Source: Marsupella aquatica (lineage: Eukaryota > Plantae > Marchantiophyta). Taken from it: 64,000 nt of DNA. The stretch covers positions 14,070,225-14,134,224 of the forward strand of contig OZ316895.1 of NCBI GenBank assembly GCA_973895155.1. Direction: 5' to 3'. Under the pieces are notes generated by a model. It was not told the origin of the DNA. It worked only from the letters and a program-made list of their open reading frames with translations, and did no database searches. A program made the position numbers and the translations under genes. This document shows, piece after piece, positions 12,019 through 24,051 of this stretch (positions within the stretch are counted from its first letter, which is position 1; each line of letters starts with the position of its first letter).

Positions 12019-12098
12019 GTTTGAAGAGCCGTAAACCAAGTAGATGCTTCGGATATCTGACTATCCAATGCATCTGCTTGCTAAATGGCTCTTCAGAC
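12019..12098 (+). ncRNA. Candidate pre-miRNA-like hairpin
   Basis: Arms of 37 nt (12019-12055 and 12062-12098) pair at 32/37 positions without bulges, including 3 G-U pairs on the + strand, with a 6-nt loop TCTGAC. Expression is unknown. Confidence 0.4.
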
Positions 12099-13984
12099 GG
12101 AATTGAGAGTGAACACAAAACGAATGGAGGATTAAAAATTAATCTTTTGAGGGTCTGGAACCTGGATCAGGTCCTACATCTTGAGAACCTGTATTTGTAT
12201 ACGGCCCTCTAACAATTGCTCGCTGTGGTAAAGGCTTGCTGGAGTCGACTATTGGTGCCGTGTTAACCCTGTGAACAACACAAGTCAAGGTGTGAGATTC
12301 CGAAGAAGAAAATTTGTCTATGTCAGTCATTTGTACATTTTTACGAATATAGCAGTTGTCGACGGCACCTAGGTGTGAAGTACTTAAAGTCGTCTATTTC
12401 TTGATCAGGGGAACATTCAAGAAACGATACGGAATATTACTGCTAGTCCGTCCGCAGGGCGTCTCAACGTTACACATCAACAACATGAACAAGCTAAGTC
12501 ATAATATTATACCTTAAGAAGAAAGGAAAAGCAAGCCCCGCCAAAGCAAATGCCCCGAGTCCCGTAGCCAACCAGGCGTTGCGAGACACCATTGCCTTAG
12601 CTTAAAGCCAAATAGTTGATTTTTCTATGTTCTTTGAAGGCGAACCCTTGAACTTGATGAAAGTTCCGGACGTGTTACTCAAATGAAAACTTCGGCTTCT
12701 CATCAAGGTATCAGATCAGAAGGTTTCACCTTTGGAGTACAAGAGAGGGAAAAACTAGACCAAAGTAGCTACCCTAATACATCCCTGCTCCTCAACAGTT
12801 AAGTATAGATACGTTTATGATTACGTCAGTACTTCAATGATGTTCGAGAGAAGGTCGTGGGTCTCTATCACTACTTGGATCTATATATCCACGCTTCTTG
12901 ATTCAGTACTTCTGAACAAAGCTCTCTCTGCTGACCCCTTAAACTGGCACCTCTTATCTTGTACTATCCACCGAAGAAAGAGTCCTGCAACCTCAGAGTC
13001 GCAACCCCTCAATGGGGAAGAGCTGAGTCGAAAGTCCCGCTGCATATCGAACACAACGATTGCTCTTAGTTTATAAAAACAAAATGAGGACCAGGTTTGG
13101 AAAACAGATAGAATACAAATATCCCCCATTTGTGAAAGCTCAATAATATCAATTACCAAATCTCGCTCCGACGCCGTGCTATGAGACGGACATTTGACCT
13201 TTTCCAATATCTGGTTCAATCTGTCTTCACAATCTTCAAGCCCCCTGACCCCTTAAACAAATGATGCGCAGTTCATATCCTTGTCTTAACTCTTCACTTT
13301 TCAAAATTAAATCTCCAAATCGTTCACCTCACATTTCATTGCCTTGGATCCTCTACAGGTTAGATTCCCCGCCACAGTTAAATCTGTGGTACCGCGGCAA
13401 CTTTCTGATTAAAGAGAAGTAAAGTAGTCTCCAGGGATGCTTCAGAGTTTTCCAACAGTGGGTCTTGTGAGTAAGTTTCAGACATGACTAAAAGATACCA
13501 AAGCCACTTTTACATTTCGACGTTGGTGCTGGATAACACTCTCTGCCTTCCAACAGTACTCTCTATCCTAAAGACAGGGCTCAGAACAACGAGCTTCTAC
13601 AAGGTAGTATCTAAAACAGGCAGCTGCAGATGAAGTCGCAAAGCTCTTCTTTCAGGCTTTTCGGCCCCTACTAACTAGTCGAGCTCTTCGATCGCTCGCT
13701 ATACACAAGTAACCCATATAACTGTTGAGAATAGACTGCAGACGATTCTTAAAAAAAGAAAACCCCTTACCCTCTATCACATTTCCGATCCCTCATTACA
13801 CTGGACTAGTTCGGACCAGTCTATTCTCTGAGGCATCGATCCCGACCTTAAATGTATACACATCTTTGAAGGTGCTCTGGGCCTCCATCGAAATCCTACT
13901 ATCAGGGGCCACACGCAACATGCTGTACATACTTTACATGGACGAGAAGACGAGCTCGGCTATGGTGAATGAGGTGTACCTGGT

Positions 13985-14009
13985 GCTGCTGCTGCTGCTG
14001 CTGCTGCTG
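13985..14009. repeat. (CTG)8 microsatellite
   Basis: Direct read. Confidence 0.9.
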
Positions 14010-14185
14010 GAGGAGGTCGAGGATCGAGGATCGAGGACCAACTGCAGGCCCATCCACATTTGAAGTAATTGATGCGCTGATGCTCAAAAGTGTAGTCAAG
14101 CGATTCAAAGCTTGTGTGGAAAAACACCAATTTCCTAAAGGGGCCAAAACAGACCACAAAAGTGCGTCTCAAAGCTTCATATTTA

Positions 14186-14452
14186 GGACCATGGCCCGTA
14201 AACAAATGACCAAAAGCTTTTTCACAGGGGTTATGTAAACCTTGTTTTTTTTCCACTAGCGTCTCCAGAGTGATTAGGCTAATGGTCATGGCATACAACC
14301 AATCTTTATGGACGATGGCCCGTAAACAAATGACCAAAAGCTTTTTCACAGGGGTTATGTAAACCTTGTTTTTTTTCCACTAGCGTCTCCAGAGTGATTA
14401 GGCTAATGGTCATGGCATACAACCAATCTTTATGGCAACCAATCTTTATGGC
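14186..14452. repeat. Near-perfect 124-bp tandem duplication plus an 18-bp terminal duplication
   Basis: ATGGCCCGTAAACAAATGACC...CAACCAATCTTTATGG starts at 14191 and again at 14315. Confidence 0.95.
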
Positions 14453-15355
14453 AAAAAGTTATACATTGTGAATTTGGTAGTCCATGCTTCATTTGTCCTT
14501 TACCTTACCCTTAAGGTCCATCAGAGAGACTTTGAGGTTTGAGACCTCCTAATGGAGTAAAAGCAACATAGACTAGAGAGGACAAACACCAAACTCAGAA
14601 GACAAATGGCAAATGCAAACCTATAAATGCAAACCCAAGCAAAGCACAATAAGCAAAGAGCCAACCTTCCCCACCAGAATAAAAAATAGCAGCATAATTG
14701 CTGCCCATCTAGGCCGAGCAAAAAGCAAATGCTCTACACAGACCCATCAAACCCTGGCAAGTATTTTGGGTAAAGAGGGACAAGACAGCCCCACTGGCCA
14801 CATCAAAACCCTCTGGCCCCAGGGAAAGGAATCAGGTAACCTAATCCTAATAGACTATCACTACCCAGAAAGAGCCTATAAACCATCAAACCAGAGCACC
14901 ATCCAAACAAGAGATACAGGGTCTACGGTCAAAAAATTGCAATGACCTAATGGTCCATCCATATCTACTGTAGTAGAATGAGTAAGTCTGCAAGTGGGAC
15001 ATGGATGCTGAGGCTTGCACCCTTAGGTGGCTTTACAAGACCGCAGAGCACTTGCAACTTTTTTTTCATTGAAGCAAATTGGAAGGTTTCTTGGTGGAAA
15101 GATAGGCTTGAGACCAAAAATCTTTTGAAATGAAGTTGAATAAATGGAAATCTCTCCAATGAAGGAGCCATAGTTTGGAAACGGTTTGACCACCTCTGGA
15201 AGTCCTCTGAAATTATAGGCAAATCAAACAAGCACTCAACTCTAGCATTTTCTTGGTCCCTTTGCTTGCCATTTAGGATCACTAGAGATCATACCCAGTT
15301 CTTGTTGCAATTTTCACTCATTACAGGATCCCCACTTAAATCTCAAAAGGGATAA

Positions 15356-15579
15356 CAGCTTTTAAGTACATTGCCACTAAAGGTCTTTGAATTTACAATA
15401 TTGCCATTGATTTTTTGGAATTTACAAAAATGCCATTGTTTCCGTATATAGTTCCCCTGGTTACGTTGGTAAACTTGTCATCCATATACAAAACCGTGGC
15501 ATTTTTATAAATACAAAAACTAATAGTGGCAGTATTGTCAATTAGCATATCTTTAGTGGCAACTAGTACTTAAAAGCTG
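15356..15579. mobile_element. 224-bp Mutator-like (MULE) MITE
   Basis: Termini CAGCTTTTAAGTAC and GTACTTAAAAGCTG, with imperfect inverted pairing over about 90 bp. Flanked by AAAGGGATAA (15346-15355) and AAAGGAATAA (15580-15589), a 10-bp TSD with one mismatch. Confidence 0.88.
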
Positions 15580-16126
15580 AAAGGAATAAACAAAAAGCAA
15601 TGGCCACTGAACACAAACCTTCACCTTTCTCAATATTTCGCTTGTAGCAACAACATTGACCAAAATAACATTTTTTGGTAGCAAGTACCACTTAACCAAA
15701 ATGATGATACTTTCTTAACCACAACATCACTGCATAGCAAGAGGCGGCTGACGACACTTTCTTGCCTCATGTGCACTTCTTTACCTTACCTCAATATTTC
15801 TGTGCAATGTTTGGGCATTTGGCTTGGCAACAGAAACATGGACACAATGAAGTCAATCAACAATCGCACTACAGCAGTGAAGAACAGGACCAAATGATTT
15901 TATGCTTGGGCTAGTTAGAAGAGTTTTTAAAAGATCTTTTCCCAAGATTACAGGTTGACTCAGTATACACTCCTCCCTTGTCCAGAAGCTTTTGATCAGC
16001 AAATTTGCTATTCAATTTATCCCTTGATAATCAATCAAATTGGTTGGTCTTGGGCACTTTCCAGGTAGGGAGATATGCCAACATTCATCCGGAGAGCTAA
16101 GAGTTTTCCAAAGATGGTGCCCTTGT

Positions 16127-16438
16127 TTTTTGGTGTCACATGTCACTCTCCGGTATGGTATGCATCATCTGAGCAAAAGGGGTTTGCTAAGGTCCATGCT
16201 GGTTGTGCGCGTCTCTCCAATCATTTTTGCAAACCAAAAGGTCCATCTGAGCTTCTCCTTCTACATAATCTTGCAGCATTCCAAAGACAGTTGTTATGTT
16301 TTGTTGTCACACTTTATGCTCCTGTGTGATATGTATCATTAGAGCCAAATAAGGTTTTGCTGAGGTCCATGCTGGTGGTGCCCGTCTATCCGATCATTTT
16401 TGCAAACCAAGAGGTCCATTTGAGTTTCTATTTCAACA
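16127..16438. repeat. Diverged tandem duplication of about 170 bp period
   Basis: TTTGCT.AGGTCCATGCTGGT.GTGC.CGTCT.TCC.ATCATTTTTGCAAACCAA.AGGTCCAT occurs twice. Confidence 0.85.
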
Positions 16439-17627
16439 GTACATACAGTACTGATGTGGCAAACACAAACATCAAAATCAATAACACATTGTTGACCAGA
16501 AACAGTGTGACACCAAAAATAGAGCTACTAGTGTGTGAACATTTGTATCACACTATTTAAGTATGTTAAGTCACACTACTTACTTTGTATTGAGAGTCCG
16601 CTTGAGTCTTAGTTTTATGCCTCTATTCTCAGTGTGCAGTATTTCTGGCGAACACTTCAATTAATGAGACCAAAATTGTGACTTCTTTTGAACTCTAATT
16701 AGTACAACGCCTGAAATAATGTGACTCACATTATTTTATGTGAGACTTGAAATTTAGAGGGCTTCCCAATTAGTGAGACTAACACTAATTGTGGTGGACA
16801 GTGTAGATCGAAGGTTCGAACCCTGCAGTTCACAGCACCGAGACACTACGAAAACGCTACTGTGAAAAACACTGTCCGTCTCGGGGTTTTGGGTTTTGGG
16901 TTTTGAGACCTCTGAGGCGAATGAAGAGGCAGAGGGATCCCCACGACATTCGAGATTGCTCTATCTATGGAGAAGGTCGGAGTACATCTGCCTTTTCGAA
17001 GTTGGGTTGTGTTGTGTTGTGTTGTGTTGTCTTGCCTCGCCTCAGCTGACAGAATGTGAATGTACTGTAATGGAATTTCTTGCCTCACCGTGGCACAAAA
17101 ATTGAGCATTCTGGTGTTCGTGCTAGATCGGAGACTTATTATCTGTTATAAGTAGGAAAGTTCATCAACTGCTGTGATCGTAGATATCTGAGGAGCTGAC
17201 TGGCTACCGAGATGGAGTGAGGAAGATCAGCGACGCACAGTGAAGAATTCGGAGTCAAAGCTCAGTAGGTCTAGGTCTGTGGATCATGTTGTCTGTCGAA
17301 GAAAATATTCTCCTCGACTCAATGGAAGATTTAGGAGAGTAGCACACAAACGAGGTGAGAGACTGGAAGGTCCCAACGCATTTGGGACACGAGTGACTGA
17401 AGTGATGAATGCAAGTTTATGTCCCTGATCTTGTGAGAACGGGGAGATTGACGAGGTAGGGACACAGAATGTCGATTAGACCTGCACTTTCAGTGCAAAT
17501 CCTGAGGCCATGGTGCACTAGTCGGCCGATTATTCTGTTTCTGCACTTAGGAATCTCGTAATTTCAAGCAAAACAGAAGGAGCTGTCACGGAGTGTCGTG
17601 GCAGAAAAACAAGAAAACCAGGGGAAA

Positions 17628-20600
17628 ATGGCATCCCGCTGGCATGTGCTGCTGGAGCGCATTGGACAAAGGCAAAGGCTACTTTCTCCGGTGGTGGAAA
17701 GTTATCGAAGCAACTTTGCCAGCAGTATCTGTCCTGCAAGTGCTACTGTTCTTCGCAAATTCTGCTCCGACTTTGACCAGATCTTGAGTACAAATACCAC
17801 ACGTACGTTCGTCCTTCTATTTGTTTCCTGTCTGGTCAGTATATCTTCTTTCTGTACAGAGAAAGCATTGCGCGGAGACGTTTGTATTTTTGTTATAAAT
17901 TTGATTACATCGTGAGTGGTACAATTTTCTCGTACGGAGAGATGGAATATGCCATCATTGTTGTGGTACTCTCGGAAAGATTGTATCCTACTCATACTCT
18001 TGTTGAGTCCCAGTTCTCAATGGCCAGAGATAGGTCCTGGTGATGCATTCGGACTAAATTGATCAGCTTACCTTCGAATGGATTGTATCGATCATACCGT
18101 CATATAAGAATAAATGACAGAAAAACATCTACTGCAGCTGTTTTTTTCCATTATCATTTTCCCATACCTTCAATATTTTCGAAATTTCTATAGTGCAGCC
18201 CATGGGAGATAGGAGGTTGGGCAGGCTTTCCTATCCATTCTGTACAAAACATTTGATTTCAGGGTGGGAATCCTGGTTTGCCTTGGTCTTTGTCTACTTT
18301 CATGTTAAGACGCAACGAAAGGGAGTGCTCATTTGAACGAGGATAGCCGATGGCACTGATTGGGACTGTGGCTGGCATGTGCATTCAGCTGGAGACTCAA
18401 CGCAAGTGAGAGACCGCCACGTTTATCGGTTAACCCAGCTTTTCGGAAAGCTCTTGAAGTCAGGTGACGATAAACAGGCCGCAGAACTTTTGGATGATAT
18501 CAAGGCTCTACAGAGTCCAGCCAAAGTGGCCGTATGCAATTACCTCCTCAACAGTTGCTCAAAGAGCAGAAATCCTGAGGTAGTGAGCATCTTATTACTC
18601 TGGTAGAACTCAATTGAGAACTATACTTTGACTCAGGAGTTTAAAAGTAGATCCGAGGGTATTTTTTCAAAGTTGTCTAGTCAGGCTATAAAGTGAGTGG
18701 AGCAACACCCGGAGGACCCACGTAGTGAATTTTATCAACGGAAAAACGCATATAGCAACCATAATTATAATAATTCTCGCTCTGTACGCCTGATCTTTGC
18801 CCTGCAGATTGCGAAATTAGTCTGGAGCTTCATGAAAACAAATGGGGTTCAGATGAATCAAGTGTCATTTGGTTGTATGCTTGGTGCACTAAGCCGAGGA
18901 GGTTGTCTCGAAGAGGTAGAACTGCTTCCGGGATTTCTCCAATTTTATCATGAACAAAAGTTCATAGAAACTCGGTAAATAGTATAAAAATATATATTAG
19001 TGGCTACGACTAGCCTTGTGGATTCAGTATATGATAGATACAAGATACTCAGTTTTGGGTTTCCCATCAACTGCACTACTGACATTCGAGCACTCCATAG
19101 AATCAGTTTCTCTCTTTGCTATATTTTCTTTGTAAGGATGCTGACTCATGTGTGTATGTCTGGTTCATGATGATCAGGCTGTGGACTTGCTACATTTGTT
19201 GTATAAGAGGAGGGCGGCCAACGTCGTGATGTACAACACGGTGCTGAACGGTTGCATGCATGCAAAGAGCAAGAAGCATGCCGCACGATGTGTGCAGCTC
19301 ATGGAGGCACAAGGGGTTTCAAAGGATGAGCTGTCTTATGCTGAGCTTATCAAGGTTGCGCGCATATCTATTTTGGAACTCTTGTAGATACCCTTCGTCT
19401 TGAGCCCTGCTTTTGGGCATTTATCCTCCTGGCTGCTGTGAGGGATCTCCTAGCGCTAGCTTTTTGAAGAGCAAGCACGAACGTAAAGTTGTATGTGGTG
19501 AGAATTATTGATTTGAAAATTAAAGTAATTGTTCGTCAGACACTTAAATCGTTTTCTTTAAGTCATTCTGCTCAATTCCTTACAAGTCAGTGATGTGCAG
19601 CTTTCAGGGATGCGAGGAGACCTGAATGCCACAAAAAAATGGTGGAATAAACTGAACCAGAACTTTACACCAAGTCCATCGACTCGCTCTCCGTACATAA
19701 TTGCTCTCTCTCGCATGAACGCATTGACAGAAGCGTATGAGGAAATCCAAAATATGGTGTCCGACCTTGGACTGCAAATTGGAGCGGACTCTCTTGACGA
19801 CAAGGAACAGATGCTGGATCAATCCACCGCCGAAGTGTTATCTGAGCCAGAAAGGGAGTATGATGAAGGCATCGAGGCCATTTGTAGCGTGCAAGTAGAT
19901 TCAGTTGCAACGTCGTCCAAGTTAAACCTACCTAAAGAATCGTTTTTAGGAGAATCCGATGTTCGTGTAACTAGGAATCAAGAGAAGTCACTGGATCAAG
20001 AGCACTCAACTCCAAAGAAATCATCTCTGAAAGATGCAGTCTTTTCTACTGAACTACCATCGTTAGGACCAAGGCTGCCAAAGAATACATCGACAAGCCT
20101 GAAAAATCTACAAAATGCATACAATGCTCTGATTAATGCTGCAGGAAAAGTTCGTGATCACGAACTCGCGGAGTCCTTGTTCACAGAGGTAGATTATGCT
20201 TACTTTTCTGTAGTTTGGAGTATGAAAACTTAGACCTATTAGGTTTCGGTTTCTCTTAGGCACACCTGCTTCTTTTTCTTAATGTTTGCGAGTTCCATCC
20301 GCAATCCAGACTCCTTCTTTGTTTGGAATTGGCATCGAGTTTCTGCTGAACCCAAAATTCATAAATAATCATTGTGATGGATAGGAAAGTCCGATGGACA
20401 TCACCGTGCAAATAGGGTTGCCGGGCACGTCCAAGCGTTTCTTTTTACAATACCAAATGTTTGGAGAGTTATTCATTAAACTTCGCAAGCGTTGTAGTGT
20501 TGCTCCAGATGAGGCAGTTGGGTTTAAAAACAGACATCTATACTTACAATGCTCTATTGAGAGCTGTCGTTGAAGGCAGAGGAGTACAGCACGCCCTGCG

Positions 20601-23600
20601 AATTGTGAGTTGCCAGTATTTGTTTCTACAGCAAGTTGAGTCGCAATATATATATAGAAGTTTTGCGTGCGAAGCTTGCGTGCAAAATTGTGGATAAGGA
20701 AGGCTTTCTGTCAAGAACCCCGTTGCTTTGCATTAAGTGAGAATTGAACAAGATGATTTTCTCAGTAAAGTTCGGTTGGACAAGTCTGCGGAATTATACA
20801 CGTGCACTGCATAGTAGAGAGTGACTCTTGACGGTCTTTTCACTGTTTTTCCCATCGTATTATGGTGAAGCACTGTTGTCCTAATGCCATGAGATAGGAC
20901 TTATTGGTTGTGTACTGTAACCTGCAGGTCAGGAAGATGGAGGCCTCCGGACTTCAACCAGATGCGCATTCATTGACTGCTCTACTTGACGGTTATTGCC
21001 AAAAGCAGCAGCTCAATAAAGCTGAGGACATACTCCAGTACATGGAACGTGGAGGCCGTCATCAGATGCCCAATTGCTATTCATATAATATTTTGCTCAA
21101 GTCTTGCGCAGCTATGGTATGTGCGCTGCACAATTGCTGACCACAGTTCTCTCATTTCTAACGTTTTATCTGCCAACTGCTCAAGATTACATGACTGACG
21201 GTTCTCTTGATATGGACGAGATGTAATTTTCTCTAAGAATCTGTGCATCAGCTTGAAGCAATTATGCTCATGTAAGGGATAGGTCTCGAGAAATGGATGT
21301 AAAGCTAGGACATCTCGTATAATACAGTTTTGAGGAATCTGTTTTTTGTTTTTTGTCTCGAAAGCAAATGCGGATGATCACTCCCAATTGCAGTGGTGAC
21401 TTACATATGGGGCAAATTTGAGATACCCCACAAGGGGGATCACACTAGCCTCAGCCCAATACATGGTCCTGTCCCAGGGGAATGCAGAGATTGAACCAGG
21501 GACTGTGCTCAGACATGCACCCAGCCTGGGAATCCAACATGCCTTCCCCACTACACACCCTACAGCCACTCTTGTACCCTCCACACCCCTGAGCATGGAG
21601 ACGGAATTGAACCTGAGACCTTTTAATGCCAGAGCCAATCCCCTAGCCACCTAAGCTAGACCAACAAGTCTCACTCAAGTGGATTTTGGGGAGGAAGGAG
21701 TTGAAGAAATTTCGAAGTTTTGTAATTATTGTGTATGACATTAAAGCTACGGTCTTTATTCAAATATATACAAGCTAGGAAAATCCAGAGATGAACCTCA
21801 GTGATCTCTTATGTGCAGGAGGATCCAGTACGAGCTTTGCGGGTGTTTGCAAGGATGAAAGAGGCTGGTGTAGCACCAGATAACTGTACATATATTGCAC
21901 TGTTTTCTGCTTGTGCCCATTCGGAAACAGGGGAGGATGGAAGCAATCGGTGGTCGCGGCATGAGGTAGCAAAGAGAGTCACTGCAATAGAAATGGATAT
22001 GGCTCAGTCTGGTGTGCCACATTCACGTGAATCCCTGACTACTGTCGTAAGTTCTTCAACTAATTCTGGAATGTTTTACATGTTATTTCTATCTGTGGCA
22101 TTTTCATGCAAGCAATCGAACTGAACTTAAGCTGTGAGTTTAGTTGGGGATCCATTTTCGGATTCACTGCATGAGGTGAGCACATTGAGCTAATCCCGAA
22201 GGGCGGTGGCTTGTGATCCACACTTCAGACCGGATTGATTTGAGCCAAACTGGGACTTAAGGGTAGATTCGCTTTGTGGGTTCAGATTACCAACAGTAAT
22301 TTCCTGTTTCCAAAAGTACTCGGAAGGTTCATGCGAAGTCTTGTGTCATTATTTAAAGAGGTGTCAACCATCACATGCTAAGGCCTGTATTAAATAGGTT
22401 TATTGCTCAAACTTGGCACTTGTGTTGATTTCCTGTGCGAGTCATGGCCGTACCAGCAAGAAGGTTGACTGCGGGTTTTACTTAGGTTTAAATCAATCTT
22501 AATTTGCAGAGTTCATAGTTTGTCTACGAAATGATTGTAGATGCGTGTGCTCGGAGCAGAAGGCTTGACAGAGGCAATGCTCCAAAGACTCCAAGATGCT
22601 AAAGACGATGGCAAGAGTCTCTTGGATGCTGCATCCTTCAATACTGTCATTCTCAGCAGTCTTAATGCAAAGCAGGTGATAAACCAGGATTCCTAGTTGC
22701 AGTTCGTCCCTAATTGTAACTCGATTTTGCTTGACTCAATTGTTCTTATAGTAACTTGCTTTTAGTAAAGCTTGAGCGATGCCCGTAACTAATTTTCTTG
22801 CAGGTGGAGACCGGCTGTGATATTTATCGTCAAATGAAGGCATTGGGTGTAAAACCAGATGCCTACACGTACAACATACTCATTAATGGCTGTGCGCTAG
22901 ATAAGGATTTAGCCACTGCCTCTGAACTTGTGGAGACTATGCGTCAGGAGGGTCTTAGTCCCGATGTCGTGACGTTCAACTCCCTCCTAAAGGTACGATA
23001 GACTGCCGTTTTGTCGTAGGACGGCCCTTTTGTGAGAAACTAGAGAAAGTATTAATCTCAGGGTTGTCCATTCTTGGGAGCGGACATCAAGATCGATGAA
23101 TAACAACACGATTCTATCAACAGAAGGACATCATACTCATACCGTAGCTTCTATTTTATGCCGTAACTCATTCCGTGACATTCTGCAGGATGTGAAAAGC
23201 CTTTGCTAATAAATTAACCCCCGTTGGTTGAAACGGCTGACAGGTTGTTTGCCATAGTGGAGAGATGCCGGTAGTGATTGATCTTCTCAAAGAAATGACA
23301 GCCTCTGGAGTTCACCCTGACTCTGCTACTTTCAACACCATTTTGACATCAGCTTCGTATCATGTAAGGTCCTGTTGCAACACATCGCGATGAATGCCGG
23401 TGTTCTCCTCCATTGGAGATTCACTGTTTCTTTGTTCCAGCATCCAGTATGTTGCCCCTGCTCGGAATTTCTAGTTCTGTTTAGTTTAAAGGAGATGTGA
23501 AGTCAATATCTTTCATTAGCTCAAAACTGGGTCTCTTTGTCAAGTAGAACAAATTTTGAGTGTCTCCTGTGTCAGTGCAGAAACGGCTTGATGTGACTGA

Positions 23601-24051
23601 ACATGTGTTGGAGGAGATGCACCGTAGAAATGTTTTACCAGACCAGCACACACTTTTGCCTGTTGTGTCAATCTATATGCAAGTTGGTCGAACTGAGGAC
23701 GCAGTGGAAGCTCTGCGGGTCTTGAGTCTGCGAATGCTGGATGGTATCGGCATCGGAGAGAAGGGTGAGGGCAAGGACGTGAAAACAAAACAACTGCAGG
23801 ATGTGCTTGGAGACTGTACTCAAAAAAACCTGGACATGCACGAAGATGCGATGGCATTACTCATGGATGCCGTAGTGCAGAAGACACCCGAATCATTAGC
23901 AATTTATGCTGCTGCTCTTGCTGAACTAGTGCATGGCGACAATGAAGCGTTGGACCACACGCAAAGTGCTTGGGCAGATCGGTTGTCCACACAGTATGAC
24001 AGGAGGAAAACCGCGAAGTTTGCCAAACTCTCAAAAGTTAAGCTGCTGTGA
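17628..24051 (+). CDS. P-type pentatricopeptide repeat protein, probably mitochondrial (At1g76280-like), 12 exons
   Basis: In-frame GT-AG exons: 17628-17802, 18389-18579, 18808-18915, 19178-19354, 19601-20188, 20509-20604, 20928-21116, 21819-22046, 22541-22675, 22804-22992, 23244-23363, 23581-24051. PPR motifs include DIYTYNALLRA, PDAYTYNILINGC and PDVVTFNSLLK. The N-terminus is Arg/Ser-rich. KRVTAIEMDM..SGVPHS...RVLGAEG recalls At1g76280 (from memory). Confidence 0.92.
21342..21670 (-). mobile_element. tRNA-derived SINE (divergent subfamily) in PPR intron 7
   Basis: Minus strand reads A-box TAGCTTAGGTGG, B-box GGTTCAATTCC, then AGGGGTGTGGAGGGT and GTGTAGTGG shared with the other copies, ending GCTTTCGAGACAAAAAACAAAAAA. 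Confidence 0.8.

Noticed and set aside
14520-15300. Possible LINE 3' fragment
   Set aside because: No RT or zinc-knuckle motif readable with confidence.
16785-16840. GGTTCGAACCC B-box as a tRNA gene
   Set aside because: No convincing A-box spacing or cloverleaf stems.
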